Virus record (IMG/VR): IMGVR_UViG_3300044852_000024
Span: 1 to 43,104 of that record
Direction: 5' to 3' (one strand)
Length of the DNA: 43,104 nt
Source of the DNA: a virus
Lineage: Duplodnaviria > Caudoviricetes
The position numbers and the translations under genes were made by a program. Of this stretch, positions 9,692-18,992 are shown in pieces. The first letter of the stretch is position 1. Each line of letters begins with the position of its first letter. The notes beneath the pieces are model-generated. The model had not been told where the DNA came from. It searched no databases and worked only from the letters and a program-made list of their open reading frames with translations.

Positions 9692-9944
9692 TTGCGATCC
9701 GATCAGGATTACGAAAGAGCGCAACCGTTTTCTGTGCTATGGCGCGCTATCCATTGCGTTGGCTGTTGGTTTCGGCTATTCAATGGCTTCAATGCGGTAT
9801 CAGGAATCGTTCGAAAAGATTGCAGAGGGCGGCGCCAAAGAGCGTGCCAGTCTGCATAACCGTTATATGCGCCAACTGACCAAGAAGGACAAGGAAATTG
9901 CCAGCTTGATCAGCCAGTGCAAGCCTGGAGTTGAGAGCAAATGA
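9672..9944 (+). CDS. Lysis-cassette single-TM protein
   Basis: ATG at 9672 after GGAGG; TM segment 'FLCYGALSIALAVGFGYSMA'. Confidence 0.55.
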   Translation: MSDQSHSCDPIRITKERNRFLCYGALSIALAVGFGYSMASMRYQESFEKIAEGGAKERASLHNRYMRQLTKKDKEIASLISQCKPGVESK

Positions 9945-10411
9945 ACCTTGAGCAATCCCTGAAACATCTGCTCGGCAATGAGGGTGGATTTGTCGATCAT
10001 CCTCGCGACCCTGGAGGCGCTACGAATTTCGGCATCACTCAGCGAGTCGCCAGAGCAAATGGCTATCAGGGTGAGATGCGCAACCTTCCATTATCGGTAG
10101 CGCTGTCGATTTACGAAAAGGATTACTGGGCACCGATCAAAGCTGACCAGTTGCCCGATCATCTGCGATTTCATGTCTTTGACGCGGCAGTCAATAGCGG
10201 AGCAGGACAGGCTATCAAGTGGCTCCAACGTGCGGCAGGCGTTACGCAAGACGGCTTGATAGGCCCTCGCACTCTGTCAGCCGCGTCAATGGTGACGCCA
10301 GCCAAATACAGTGCTATCCGCCTGCGTTTCATGACTGACCTGGCAACATGGCCAACCTTCGGCAAGGGCTGGGCTCGACGCATTGCCGACAATTTGGAGA
10401 TCGATGAATGA
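9941..10411 (+). CDS. Endolysin, glycoside hydrolase family 108
   Basis: 'EGGFVDHPRDPGGATNFGIT', 'FDAAVNSG', 'DGLIGPRT', 'FGKGWARR'. Confidence 0.93.
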   Translation: MNLEQSLKHLLGNEGGFVDHPRDPGGATNFGITQRVARANGYQGEMRNLPLSVALSIYEKDYWAPIKADQLPDHLRFHVFDAAVNSGAGQAIKWLQRAAGVTQDGLIGPRTLSAASMVTPAKYSAIRLRFMTDLATWPTFGKGWARRIADNLEIDE

Positions 10412-10998
10412 ACTGGTCTGATATCGGCGGGATCGTTGGGCGAGCCGCGCCAATCGTCGGCACTCTGCTTGGCGGCCCCGCTGGCGCCGCTGTAGGCGCT
10501 TTAGTAGCCAGCGCACTGAATGTGCCGAATGACCCTGACGCGGTCAACGTGGCGCTTGCTGGAAACCCTGACGCCATGGTTCGCGTGCAAGAGCTGCAAT
10601 TGAATGCGCGTGTCGAGCTGGAGAAACTGACCGTTCAGGCGGAAACGATTCGGCTTCAGGCTGCTGGCGCGCAATATGCCGCCGAAGCTGCTGATCGGGA
10701 TAGCGCCAGGCAGTTAGCAGGCAAGCAGCCGAATGACATTGTGCGGCCAGCCCTGACGTTCATTATGTTGGGAGGCTCTCTGTTCGTGGTTGTCGCGGTG
10801 CTGATCGGCTGGGCAAATGAAGTGATCAAGGATCCTACCGCTGCGCTGACTGTCGGCACCGTTCTCGGCTTGTGGCTGGGGATGACCAAGGAAGTGATGG
10901 GTTTCTGGTTTGGCATGACCAAGGAATCGCAAAAGCAGAACGCGATTGTTACCGAATTCGCCGTGCAGCCTGGCACTGTGACGAAGCCGGATAAGTAA
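10408..10998 (+). CDS. Putative holin (3TM/GTA-holin-like)
   Basis: 196 aa after GH108; N-terminal 'APIVGTLLGGPAG'; two C-terminal TM helices ending 'GFWFG'. Confidence 0.55.
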   Translation: MNWSDIGGIVGRAAPIVGTLLGGPAGAAVGALVASALNVPNDPDAVNVALAGNPDAMVRVQELQLNARVELEKLTVQAETIRLQAAGAQYAAEAADRDSARQLAGKQPNDIVRPALTFIMLGGSLFVVVAVLIGWANEVIKDPTAALTVGTVLGLWLGMTKEVMGFWFGMTKESQKQNAIVTEFAVQPGTVTKPDK

Positions 10999-11012
10999 TA
11001 TGGAAAGAAAAG

Positions 11013-11038
11013 AAAAAGCGCCTCAAGGGCGCTTTTTT
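11013..11038. terminator. Bidirectional intrinsic terminator between the convergent late and early regions
   Basis: AAAAAGCGCC-tcaag-GGCGCTTTTTT. Confidence 0.85.
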
Positions 11039-11300
11039 ATTTGAGTCGCCCCCATTTGTCGCGAGGCCCATCACCGCATCGACTGTCTCTGGTTGGCCGA
11101 ACCCAGCCAACAGGCCTTTGCTGGACAATTTCAAATCGCTCGCTATCAATGATCTTTCGCATCATCTCGCAACCCATGTTATGAGCTGAGCCAACGACAA
11201 TAACCTTCAGTCCGTGTCGGTCAGCGGCATCAATAATGGCTTGATATTCGTCGATGACAACTGTTGATTCTTCATCGTTGATAATGCCGATAGTCGTCAT
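11037..11300 (-). CDS. Hypothetical protein
   Basis: 87 aa; ATGA-coupled to the upstream small ORF. Confidence 0.55.
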   Translation of the reverse strand: MTTIGIINDEESTVVIDEYQAIIDAADRHGLKVIVVGSAHNMGCEMMRKIIDSERFEIVQQRPVGWVRPTRDSRCGDGPRDKWGRLK

Positions 11301-11452
11301 TTCCGCATCGCTCGAAAAATTGCCGACGTAGCTTTGACTGCCGCATATTTCTCGACAGTGTCATCACTCAGCTCGGACAGGTTGATTGGCGTCTTGCCGC
11401 CGACCCAGTGCATTGGTTTCCAGGGCAGGTCGCGGTGCATTTTGTTTTTCAT
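11297..11452 (-). CDS. Small hypothetical protein (51 aa, MKNKMHRDLPWKPMHW...), not in the ORF track
   Basis: Fills the gap exactly, with ATGA overlaps at both ends. Confidence 0.55.
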   Translation of the reverse strand: MKNKMHRDLPWKPMHWVGGKTPINLSELSDDTVEKYAAVKATSAIFRAMRK

Positions 11453-11637
11453 GATTCCGCTCCAGTAAAGACCCAGCGTTCAGCGTCTGATACGCACCCA
11501 AACATTTTTCGGTCGCCGTTTTTCGATACGCGGGTTTCCTTCTTCTTCTCGCCGGCGTACTGAATGATCCAAGCTTTATCGGTTTCGCGGATAAGCTTGA
11601 CGGCGCACAGCAACCCGTTACGACTTGCAAGAATCAC
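11449..11637 (-). CDS. Hypothetical protein (62 aa)
   Basis: GTG at 11637 after GGAGG; 'LIRETDKAWII' motif. Confidence 0.6.
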   Translation of the reverse strand: MILASRNGLLCAVKLIRETDKAWIIQYAGEKKKETRVSKNGDRKMFGCVSDAERWVFTGAES

Positions 11638-11912
11638 GATTGCACCTCCGTCACAACCACAACCCACTCGCCACCTTTCTGGCCGCTGAGTTTGATCGAA
11701 TAATGCTTACCGCTGAATGCCATTTTTTCGGCCATGGCGAAGGCTGAAGCGGCATCTTGAGTTGTCAGCGTGAAGCCTGTGCCGTCTTCGTGTTCGCGCA
11801 AAACTTCCTTTGCCTGAGACGGCATCGAAATAAATGGCCGAGGCTTGCCAGGAATGGTTTTACTATTCTCTTGAAAGATCTGATGACTTGGCCAGCTATA
11901 AATATTCATCAC
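11634..11912 (-). CDS. Hypothetical protein
   Basis: 92 aa; GGAG RBS; first gene after the promoter at 11971. Confidence 0.6.
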   Translation of the reverse strand: MMNIYSWPSHQIFQENSKTIPGKPRPFISMPSQAKEVLREHEDGTGFTLTTQDAASAFAMAEKMAFSGKHYSIKLSGQKGGEWVVVVTEVQS

Positions 11913-11942
11913 TGCGCTCCACTGTTCGTTTCTGTTGGCCCG

Positions 11943-11971
11943 ATATTATGCCCGCATAATAACTATGTCAA
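11943..11971 (-). promoter_or_regulatory. Sigma70-like promoter with operator (TTGACA-17-TAATAT; ATAGTTATTAT at 11956-11966)
   Basis: Member of the repeated promoter family. Confidence 0.8.
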
Positions 11972-11982
11972 CACCAGATAAC

Positions 11983-12006
11983 AAAAAGCCCGCACGAATG
12001 CAGGCT
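11983..12006 (-). terminator. Intrinsic terminator
   Basis: Minus strand AGCCTGCA-ttcg-TGCGGGCT followed by TTTT. Confidence 0.7.
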
Positions 12007-12020
12007 GATTGGGTTGCGTG

Positions 12021-12680
12021 TTACGACGGAATATCGTAGTCGAATACGTTGTCTCCATCATACTGCGGCGGCTCATCGTCCTCGACAATCGAAACCGGTG
12101 TCGGCTTAACCCGTGCCTTCTGACCTGCAGTCATGGGTGCTTTCTTCTCTAGCGTGGCGATGAATGCTTCGGCAGTCAGCTCGCCGGAATCGATCTTTTG
12201 CTGTGCTGCTGCCAGGCGTTTAGCGAATGCTTCGTCGGGCCAGAAGACTGGCTCGGCATTCACTGGCGGAGCGTCGTCCTGCGGATAATACGGCTCGATG
12301 GTCTGGATGCCCTTCTTGCCTCGCGTCGTATTGACCGCAACCTTCTTCGTCCCACTGATATGGCTAAGGTGACTGGTACGGATACCGCCGATTGCCTCGC
12401 CGCCAAACTTCACGGTTTCATCGCAGAACAGCACGGCTGTGCGACCGATCCAGTGCTGAGGCTCGTTGCCCCAGCAAGCGCACAGGACGCGCAGGGAGGT
12501 CTTGGATGGCTTCCAGGGTTGCGACCATGAGTCGATGACGATGATTACTGGCTGCTCGCTGCTGCCGGACTTCACGTCGATGATCTTGGCGACCAGTGAG
12601 CCGCCAAGAATGTCACAGCTATTGAGCTGGTCTGACTTCGCCTGGGTGGCGCGTTGCAGGTCTTCGGCCGTAAGTGTCAT
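12021..12680 (-). CDS. Putative recombination/ssDNA-binding partner of the exonuclease (KSDQLN motif; acidic C-terminus)
   Basis: ATG at 12680; sits downstream of the RecE-like exonuclease; acidic tail; function inferred. Confidence 0.5.
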   Translation of the reverse strand: MTLTAEDLQRATQAKSDQLNSCDILGGSLVAKIIDVKSGSSEQPVIIVIDSWSQPWKPSKTSLRVLCACWGNEPQHWIGRTAVLFCDETVKFGGEAIGGIRTSHLSHISGTKKVAVNTTRGKKGIQTIEPYYPQDDAPPVNAEPVFWPDEAFAKRLAAAQQKIDSGELTAEAFIATLEKKAPMTAGQKARVKPTPVSIVEDDEPPQYDGDNVFDYDIPS

Positions 12681-12877
12681 AATTTTGCCTTTGGTTGATT
12701 GAGTGGCTGCCAGTGCGTGAAGCCGTTCCACCACTTACCTTGGATGTGATCAACAATTACCGGCCCGAAAGGATGCTTAGCATCGAACTGCCCGACCTTA
12801 AAGACGCCTTTCCATGGAATTGCAACCCACTGCATCTGTTTCGGCTGTCGCTTTTCAAACTCAACCCAGGCCATCAA
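12677..12877 (-). CDS. Small hypothetical protein (DUF551-like: W...P ... THWQPL)
   Basis: 66 aa; coupled to neighbours; 'FTHWQPL' motif. Confidence 0.6.
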   Translation of the reverse strand: MMAWVEFEKRQPKQMQWVAIPWKGVFKVGQFDAKHPFGPVIVDHIQGKWWNGFTHWQPLNQPKAKL

Positions 12878-13686
12878 ACACCCCCAAAATCAACATCGCC
12901 AAGCAGCTCGTTAGCCGCCCAGCTCGTCACGCTAGTGACTTCCGATTCATCTGCATACGCTGGCCAGACTCCAGACTCCAGGCAGCGCGCATAAGTGTTC
13001 AGCGCTTCACGATAATGAATACGCCCAAGCTCCATGGCGATCTCGTCAAGGTCGTGGAACATGGTGCCATGCGGCGAGTCCTCTTCGATGGCGAACAGCG
13101 GGAATTCCTTCAGGCGCTCGCCAGTCGCCCAGAACCACACGTCGCTGTAGAATGCGACCTGCTGGTAGTAGCCGTAGTTGGTGATCGGCTTAGTGAATTC
13201 AACACCGCGAGCGTCCTGGCACTTCTTCACGTCGAGCGCGAAAATCGAGTCGCCCATGCGGTCGAAGCGGCACTTCACTTGCACGCCGGTTTCTGGGTCG
13301 ATTGCGACTACCGAAAGCTCATTTCGACCAGGCGCTTTCATGTAGGCAGCAAAACGCTTGTTGCGATACGCGGCATCCTGCATGCCGATCAGCTTGCGGT
13401 GATCGGTGAGCGTCAGCACGCGGTCGGCTCCGACGTCTTTGACGAGCCCCTTGTAATAAGCGCTGCGCTTGTCCAGGGCTTCAGTAGCAACGATGTAGTG
13501 CTTATCGAAGCGCTCAGGCTCCAGAAGCGCCATGTGCAGGTGCGTGCCCATAGCCATTGCTGGCGACGGTTCTTTTTCTTCCTTGTATTTGAAGTGCGCA
13601 GGGCTGCGGCGGATCAGTTTCAGTCCTGAGTTGCTGGCCGCTTCGATGGCGAAGTAGTCTTCGGCTGGGAGGTTTTCGTAGATCAT
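12874..13686 (-). CDS. RecE/exonuclease VIII-like PD-(D/E)XK nuclease (DUF3799-like)
   Basis: 'SNSGLK...SPAHF', 'GTHLHMALLEP', 'KCRFD', 'DVKK', 'YGYYQQVAFY'. Confidence 0.88.
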   Translation of the reverse strand: MIYENLPAEDYFAIEAASNSGLKLIRRSPAHFKYKEEKEPSPAMAMGTHLHMALLEPERFDKHYIVATEALDKRSAYYKGLVKDVGADRVLTLTDHRKLIGMQDAAYRNKRFAAYMKAPGRNELSVVAIDPETGVQVKCRFDRMGDSIFALDVKKCQDARGVEFTKPITNYGYYQQVAFYSDVWFWATGERLKEFPLFAIEEDSPHGTMFHDLDEIAMELGRIHYREALNTYARCLESGVWPAYADESEVTSVTSWAANELLGDVDFGGV

Positions 13687-14015
13687 ACCGGCACCCCGTC
13701 AGCGTCAACGTCGAGAAGCTTAGACAGTTCAGCCTTGAGCTTTTCAAGCTGCTCAAGTTTTCCAGCAATGACGTCTTCGATTTTTTCGCCGAGGCCGGGC
13801 ATGTAATTAGTGGAAAGGTAGATGGTTCGGTCGCATACGCCCCAGCCATCAACAAAGACGGAATCCGATGAGTACGGGGCTTTGTACATAAAAACATCCA
13901 ACCCAGAGACATGCCCGGAATAATTCCAGAAGGCATTGAAGTTTCTCTGCATATTGATCTGAACGCAGATGCGCTGGATATCGCAAACCAGATCGATTTC
14001 TTTTGGTGATGCCAT
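13683..14015 (-). CDS. Hypothetical protein
   Basis: 110 aa; TGACAGGAGCAA RBS motif. Confidence 0.7.
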   Translation of the reverse strand: MASPKEIDLVCDIQRICVQINMQRNFNAFWNYSGHVSGLDVFMYKAPYSSDSVFVDGWGVCDRTIYLSTNYMPGLGEKIEDVIAGKLEQLEKLKAELSKLLDVDADGVPV

Positions 14016-14030
14016 GGGTTATTGCTCCTG

Positions 14031-14354
14031 TCAGGAATTTGCAAAAAGGTTTTTGTTGGTCTTCAGCTCGTACAGGATGAAGAATCGGTATTCATCGTTG
14101 AGCTGTCGGAACCAATAAAGCATATTGCCGCGACACTCGACGGCGAACTTTTCAGCCAGATGGCGGCCAGGGTGATCACCAAACAGATAGACCATCATGG
14201 CCGTGTTGATATTGGATTGCAGATTGCTAAGCGAGGTGATGTATTTATCAAAGCAGAACATGCCGACTTCCTGCATGCGCTGCTGATGGCCTTCGCGGTC
14301 TGCTGCAAAAGCCTCCTTGAATAAATCGAATCGGCTCTTCTCTTGGTCGCTCAC
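14031..14354 (-). CDS. Hypothetical protein
   Basis: 107 aa; GTG start with TGACAGGAGCAA RBS motif. Confidence 0.7.
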   Translation of the reverse strand: MSDQEKSRFDLFKEAFAADREGHQQRMQEVGMFCFDKYITSLSNLQSNINTAMMVYLFGDHPGRHLAEKFAVECRGNMLYWFRQLNDEYRFFILYELKTNKNLFANS

Positions 14355-14393
14355 TGTATTGCTCCTGTCATGTATACTGCTTTAGGTGCTGAG

Positions 14394-14422
14394 ATAGTGG
14401 ATCAAGATAATAACTATGTCAA
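14394..14422 (-). promoter_or_regulatory. Sigma70-like promoter with operator (TTGACA-17-CACTAT; operator at 14407-14417)
   Basis: Member of the repeated family; overlaps the VRR-NUC stop codon. Confidence 0.75.
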
Positions 14423-14815
14423 CTGCTTTGAGGCTATGAAGACCAGGTAGTCGGCGTAGGCCAATTTGAACTGCTCGAAGCCGTAGACGATGGCGGCAAA
14501 TCCTCCAGAGTCAGCGACAGCCTGTAGAAACGTGCGCTGTTCCTTGCTGACCTTGCACTTCGACTTGTCTACCCGCTTCAGCTCAAACGCCCCGCGAACC
14601 AGTCCGAAGTCGATGATGTCCGAGACTCCAGCCTTGACGCCCATCTTCTGGCGCTTCTGCATGTAGCCGGCCGTCGCCTTCTGCTCGTTCGGCGTGTGCC
14701 AGATCAATGGCCAACGCTCAGGATGATTGAATTGCAGCCAGGATGCACAGTCGATTTGCTCCATGGTTTCGACTCGACAATCACCCCGATAGCCGCTGTC
14801 GTAGATGCGGATCAT
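14414..14815 (-). CDS. VRR-NUC domain nuclease (putative resolvase)
   Basis: 'HTPNE...MGVKAGVSDII...ELKR...VSKEQ..FL'. Confidence 0.85.
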   Translation of the reverse strand: MIRIYDSGYRGDCRVETMEQIDCASWLQFNHPERWPLIWHTPNEQKATAGYMQKRQKMGVKAGVSDIIDFGLVRGAFELKRVDKSKCKVSKEQRTFLQAVADSGGFAAIVYGFEQFKLAYADYLVFIASKQLT

Positions 14816-15336
14816 TGGATTGCATCCCTTGGAATAGGCTGGAATTCATGCAGTCTTCGCTTGGCTTCTAACCTGGCCGATATAGCGGCATCCTTGCAAT
14901 CGAAATATCCAAGGCAGTATGTCTTTCCTTTGTGGCTGATTCTGGCGCGCCATCTGTTAGTGTAAGCAGCCCAGTTAACTCCAGCGTGACCACTTGTGCT
15001 GTCACTCCTGAGTGCTGAATTTTGACAATTTCCTCTTCCGGGGACTTCGCGCAAGTTGCCGTCTCGATTATTCGATCTGTTTCCGTCGCGGTGATCTATC
15101 TCCATGCCCGGAAGCGGCCATCGGCCATTCCTTAAGCACCAGATAATGCGATGAGCTTTGAGTGATTTTCGCTTCTTAAAGCACACAACCCTGTAACCAT
15201 CAGGGCTCAGGTTTCCTGATTCCATGCCAACAAGGGCTGACCATCGCTTAACTTTGTTATAAAGAATCCCATCGACCTCATAAAAAGCAGCAAATATCTC
15301 TTCTGGGGTTATATGCAGATAATCGGTAGCAGCCAT
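14812..15336 (-). CDS. HNH homing endonuclease with AP2 domain
   Basis: 'AHRIIW...IDHRDGNRSNNRDGNLR', 'SGHAGVNW...WRARI...LGYF'. Confidence 0.9.
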   Translation of the reverse strand: MAATDYLHITPEEIFAAFYEVDGILYNKVKRWSALVGMESGNLSPDGYRVVCFKKRKSLKAHRIIWCLRNGRWPLPGMEIDHRDGNRSNNRDGNLREVPGRGNCQNSALRSDSTSGHAGVNWAAYTNRWRARISHKGKTYCLGYFDCKDAAISARLEAKRRLHEFQPIPRDAIQ

Positions 15337-17315
15337 TAGATAACCTCCATTGCTTCATATTTGCGCCTTCCGATGCTCCAACGACTCCCTTTTTTTCTCG
15401 CACTGATTTCAGCCGGAACCGGAATAAGCTCAATATTTTCCATCACGGTTTCAGCCTTCATCGCCCGCAACCTTAGACGCGACCGCTGATCAATCGGCAG
15501 CGCATCCACGAACTTTTCCCAGATGATATTGTTGACCTTCTTGTTCTCGCCGGCATGCGGATAGAAGATCTCCATCGGCGTGTCACCGGTTGAAAGTTCG
15601 TAGCGAAACCAGAGTTTGCCGCCAGCACCGTGACCAGCCTTCATCGAGCGAACAGGAATAGACTCGCCATCGGAGTAACTCTTATTGTTCAGTGGCTTGT
15701 TCGGATCTATCAATGTTGTTTTGCAGCCTCTGCATTCCCTTGCCACCTGATCATTTTGCACGTTACATCTAGGGCAAAGCCTGAAATGCCAGAAATGATC
15801 GCACCGCTGAGCTGCGCCCGTGAGCGGATCTTTGCCTGTCATGCCGATGCAGCGCCTTGCATTAGGGCTGTTCATAGTACTAATGCCGTGTTCTTTCATG
15901 CATTTGGGGCATTCTATGAGATCTTTCTTCTCCTTTTTTGCCTTGTCCAGTTCCGCCTGGTCAAGAATCTGACTTTCGTACAAATGGCCAAGGGCATCCA
16001 TCACGCCCCCGTAATCTAGAACAAGCGCGTCAGGCTTCCCGCTGGCGGCTATGAGCGCCTTCCGCTCGTCCGCGGTTAGCGCGTCACGCTCAAGCATAGG
16101 AATATCGCCAGGCGAGAACAGGAGTCGCAAGACCCTGCCGATAGCCTGGATCAGCAGCACAATTGAAGCTATCGGGCGCATGAAAACTACAACATCCCAT
16201 TCGGCACAGTTAATTCCCGTGGTCAGTACAGATACGTTTATGACGTACTTCAGCTTGCCCGCCTTGGCAGCGTTCAAAATTCTGGTCTGATCTTTCTGCG
16301 GCGTGCTTTCCGTGATGATGCCTATTTGCTCTGGGTCAACACCGAGCAATTTCAGCGCGGCTGCAATCTGCCTGGTGTGCCGCTTGGTCGCCGCGAACAC
16401 CAGTACCCCTCTGCGACTCTCAGACTTGCGCACAAAGTCGGCGCATATCGCAAGGCACAGCTCTTTGTCGCTGACGGCAGCATCAAGCTCATGCTCGGGG
16501 TAAGACCATTCTTCTGCGGCCAGCTCCGAGAAATCATAGTGGACGCTTTCATCGTCTGGATAGCCAAAGACCGGCCCGACAATCCAGCCCTGTTCGATGC
16601 TGAAGTCTGTAGAAATTATACCGTCACCTACGCCGCCTTCTGGATAATCACTATCTTGCGGCGAGATGCTGGCTACTGATTTCCAGAGGTGATCGGGCGT
16701 ATTGCCCACAATGGAATTCGTTCCGCGAAACGGAGAGCCGGTCATGCCTGCCAGCCTCATGTGAGGCTTTTGGTCGTAAAAATGAGCCAGCACTTTCATA
16801 TACTGTGACTCAGGATTCTCGAAAGGAACCTGATGGACTTCATCAATAAGAATCAGATCAGGGTGCCACTTCCCGAGTCTTGAGCGCTTTTCAGGATCAA
16901 GCGCCAGCTCTTCAGGGGTAAATGCCGAGAACCGGTATTGTTCGAGCGCTCTCGCAATAGTCCCGATAGTCCCGTAAACCACGGAATAGTGGGTGGACTT
17001 TCTGCCGCCGCAAGAGGCGGAAAACACGGAATTCTTCATTCCGATGTCCCATGCTGCCGCCGCGTTTTGTTCGCAGAGCAAACCCTGATTTTGAACCACC
17101 AGAACGAATACCGTGGATGGTTTTTCTCGACTAGCTGCGGCGTCACGTACAGCTTTCGCGCATTCGGCGATCATCACGCTTTTCCCGGAGGATACCGAGG
17201 CGGAAGCTATTGCTGGAGGATGAATGTCGCGCTCGCCAAACTTAACTGTTTGCCTTGTGCGGAAATGCTTAGTCAGTGCCGCAACAACTGGTTTTTGGTG
17301 GCTAAGCAATCCCAT
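15336..17315 (-). CDS. Superfamily 2 DNA helicase (RadD/YejH-like, C-terminal Zn fingers)
   Basis: SGKS, DEVH, TGSPFR, VLTTGIN, QAIGRVLR; CxxC clusters. Confidence 0.88.
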   Translation of the reverse strand: MGLLSHQKPVVAALTKHFRTRQTVKFGERDIHPPAIASASVSSGKSVMIAECAKAVRDAAASREKPSTVFVLVVQNQGLLCEQNAAAAWDIGMKNSVFSASCGGRKSTHYSVVYGTIGTIARALEQYRFSAFTPEELALDPEKRSRLGKWHPDLILIDEVHQVPFENPESQYMKVLAHFYDQKPHMRLAGMTGSPFRGTNSIVGNTPDHLWKSVASISPQDSDYPEGGVGDGIISTDFSIEQGWIVGPVFGYPDDESVHYDFSELAAEEWSYPEHELDAAVSDKELCLAICADFVRKSESRRGVLVFAATKRHTRQIAAALKLLGVDPEQIGIITESTPQKDQTRILNAAKAGKLKYVINVSVLTTGINCAEWDVVVFMRPIASIVLLIQAIGRVLRLLFSPGDIPMLERDALTADERKALIAASGKPDALVLDYGGVMDALGHLYESQILDQAELDKAKKEKKDLIECPKCMKEHGISTMNSPNARRCIGMTGKDPLTGAAQRCDHFWHFRLCPRCNVQNDQVARECRGCKTTLIDPNKPLNNKSYSDGESIPVRSMKAGHGAGGKLWFRYELSTGDTPMEIFYPHAGENKKVNNIIWEKFVDALPIDQRSRLRLRAMKAETVMENIELIPVPAEISARKKGSRWSIGRRKYEAMEVI

Positions 17316-17886
17316 TAAAGTCTTCCTCGATTGGAAATTTCAGTAGAGCTGCATATACCCGGTCAGGCATTTGCTCTCTGTATTGGTTGGCGAGTTCGTC
17401 TAGATATTTTCGTTTCGACTGCAAATAAACCTCCCTCGCGGCTTCAGGCGTATCGAACCTACCAAGATTCAAGGTCCGACCACGAACCGACAGTTTTGGG
17501 AGAAACTTCCCGGTAGAGCACTGGGTGACGCCGGTCGGCCACGGTCCACGACTGACCCGGTTATGGTTGAGCTGAGTGTTTATGATCATGGGTACAAAGC
17601 AGCATCGCTCGGCGCAATAAACTTTATTGCCTGGCGCAAGGATGTCTTTATCCAGGCTCCAGCCGCTCACATAATTACTATCCAGCCATTCGGCAAATCT
17701 CTGGAATTCAAGGAATTGCAAAGATACTGTGACGGCGCCATAGGTCGGCTTTAATTCAAGCGATAACGAGCTGTAGCACCTATGAAGCATTGAGGTCCAA
17801 AGCTTGTAAGGTTTGGTCAGCTTATTGTTGATCGAGGCCGGATATCGCCCCTTCTCGTATAAGCCCACTCCATAAACTAAACCCAT
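17302..17886 (-). CDS. HNH-type endonuclease with AP2-like C-terminus
   Basis: ATG at 17886; 'W.SML.RCY...PTY...F..W...LDKDIL..GNKVY....CCFVP', 'LGRFDTPEAA'. Confidence 0.8.
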   Translation of the reverse strand: MGLVYGVGLYEKGRYPASINNKLTKPYKLWTSMLHRCYSSLSLELKPTYGAVTVSLQFLEFQRFAEWLDSNYVSGWSLDKDILAPGNKVYCAERCCFVPMIINTQLNHNRVSRGPWPTGVTQCSTGKFLPKLSVRGRTLNLGRFDTPEAAREVYLQSKRKYLDELANQYREQMPDRVYAALLKFPIEEDFNGIA

Positions 17887-17899
17887 AAATACCACCCAC

Positions 17900-18040
17900 A
17901 AAAAAGCCCTTTGACTGTTCGCTGGTGAGACTCCCGGCAGGACTTGGATCGACGGCGGTCAATCCTGCAAGGAACAGCGAACATCAAAAGGCTCTGGTTA
18001 GCCGTCGATCCTGTTTTGCTTCGGCGTCTCACGGCCTGCG
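17900..18040 (-). ncRNA. Structured leader: c4/CI-like antisense attenuator with terminator
   Basis: Terminator stem 17906-17924/17975-17992 with a U-tract; inner stem; loop and bulge complementary to upstream 11-nt and 7-nt sites. Confidence 0.65.
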
Positions 18041-18047
18041 CAAAACA

Positions 18048-18076
18048 ATTATGTCCTCATTCAATCGGCAATTCAA
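18048..18076 (-). promoter_or_regulatory. Sigma70-like promoter TTGAAT-17-CATAAT feeding the structured leader
   Basis: 17-bp spacing; lies at the end of the ParB-like gene. Confidence 0.55.
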
Positions 18077-18965
18077 CCTGGCGATCAGCATCCAGCGACT
18101 TGCCAGATTCGCGCATGTCGTTGACGGCCATGATCAGGTCCGCTAGAGCGTCGGCGTTAACCTTGACGTAATCATCGAGACCCAGGCCTTCGGCGATACT
18201 GTCGGCTAAATCCTTTCCGAGAGAGTTGACCAGCACAACCGCATTCGAAACGACCATATCCACTTTCGGGCGACTCGGCGCTTTCTTCGGAGCGGTTTTG
18301 CCGGTCACTTTGTTTTTTCCGAGCGCAGCAGCTTCTTCCTGTCGGCGCTCAAGCTCAGCCGGAGCATCTTCCTTGTGGTCGCGGATCAGCTTCACAGCCT
18401 CTGTCGGCGAGATCTTGCCAGCCTCGATAGCCTGATGAATTTCGATGCTACCGCCAGCCAAAATGATGTGCTGATCAACATGCGCCAGCGACTTGTTCAT
18501 CTCTACGGCGATTTCTTGCCGGGTCATGCCGTGCTCATCGCGCAGGGACAGATAGACGCGGCCACGCTGAACCGGATCGAGCGCTAGCTGGCTATTGCTC
18601 TTGGCAACCATGGCCTTGCGTTGCGCTGGAGTGCCCTGGAACGGAACGACATTTACATAGCCGTCGAAGCGATCCGGGTATTCGCCAGCGAAATCGCTAT
18701 AGGCCCAGTACCGGCATTCACCGTCGACCAGCTCGATATCGCCGGTTTCAGGATTGGTCCAGACGACCAGCGCGGGGATAGGCTCTCCAGCGATCAAGGC
18801 GGCTACGATTGAGGCGATATGCAGTCGCACGTCTTCGCGCTGGAAATCACGCTCGTTGAAGCCGTTTACGATCTTGATTTTGCTGAGCTGAGCGCGGATC
18901 GAATCACCGCGTTTGGCTGCCGTGTTTTCTTTGTCGGATGCGATGTTATTGAGGGTAAATCCCAT
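18057..18965 (-). CDS. ParB/Srx-like nuclease-domain protein with HTH
   Basis: 'GFNER', 'IPALVV...LVDGECR', HTH 'MTRQEIAVEMNKSLAHVDQHI'. Confidence 0.75.
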   Translation of the reverse strand: MGFTLNNIASDKENTAAKRGDSIRAQLSKIKIVNGFNERDFQREDVRLHIASIVAALIAGEPIPALVVWTNPETGDIELVDGECRYWAYSDFAGEYPDRFDGYVNVVPFQGTPAQRKAMVAKSNSQLALDPVQRGRVYLSLRDEHGMTRQEIAVEMNKSLAHVDQHIILAGGSIEIHQAIEAGKISPTEAVKLIRDHKEDAPAELERRQEEAAALGKNKVTGKTAPKKAPSRPKVDMVVSNAVVLVNSLGKDLADSIAEGLGLDDYVKVNADALADLIMAVNDMRESGKSLDADRQVELPIE

Positions 18966-18992
18966 ATTTTGTTGCTCCTGTCGAGGATGGAA

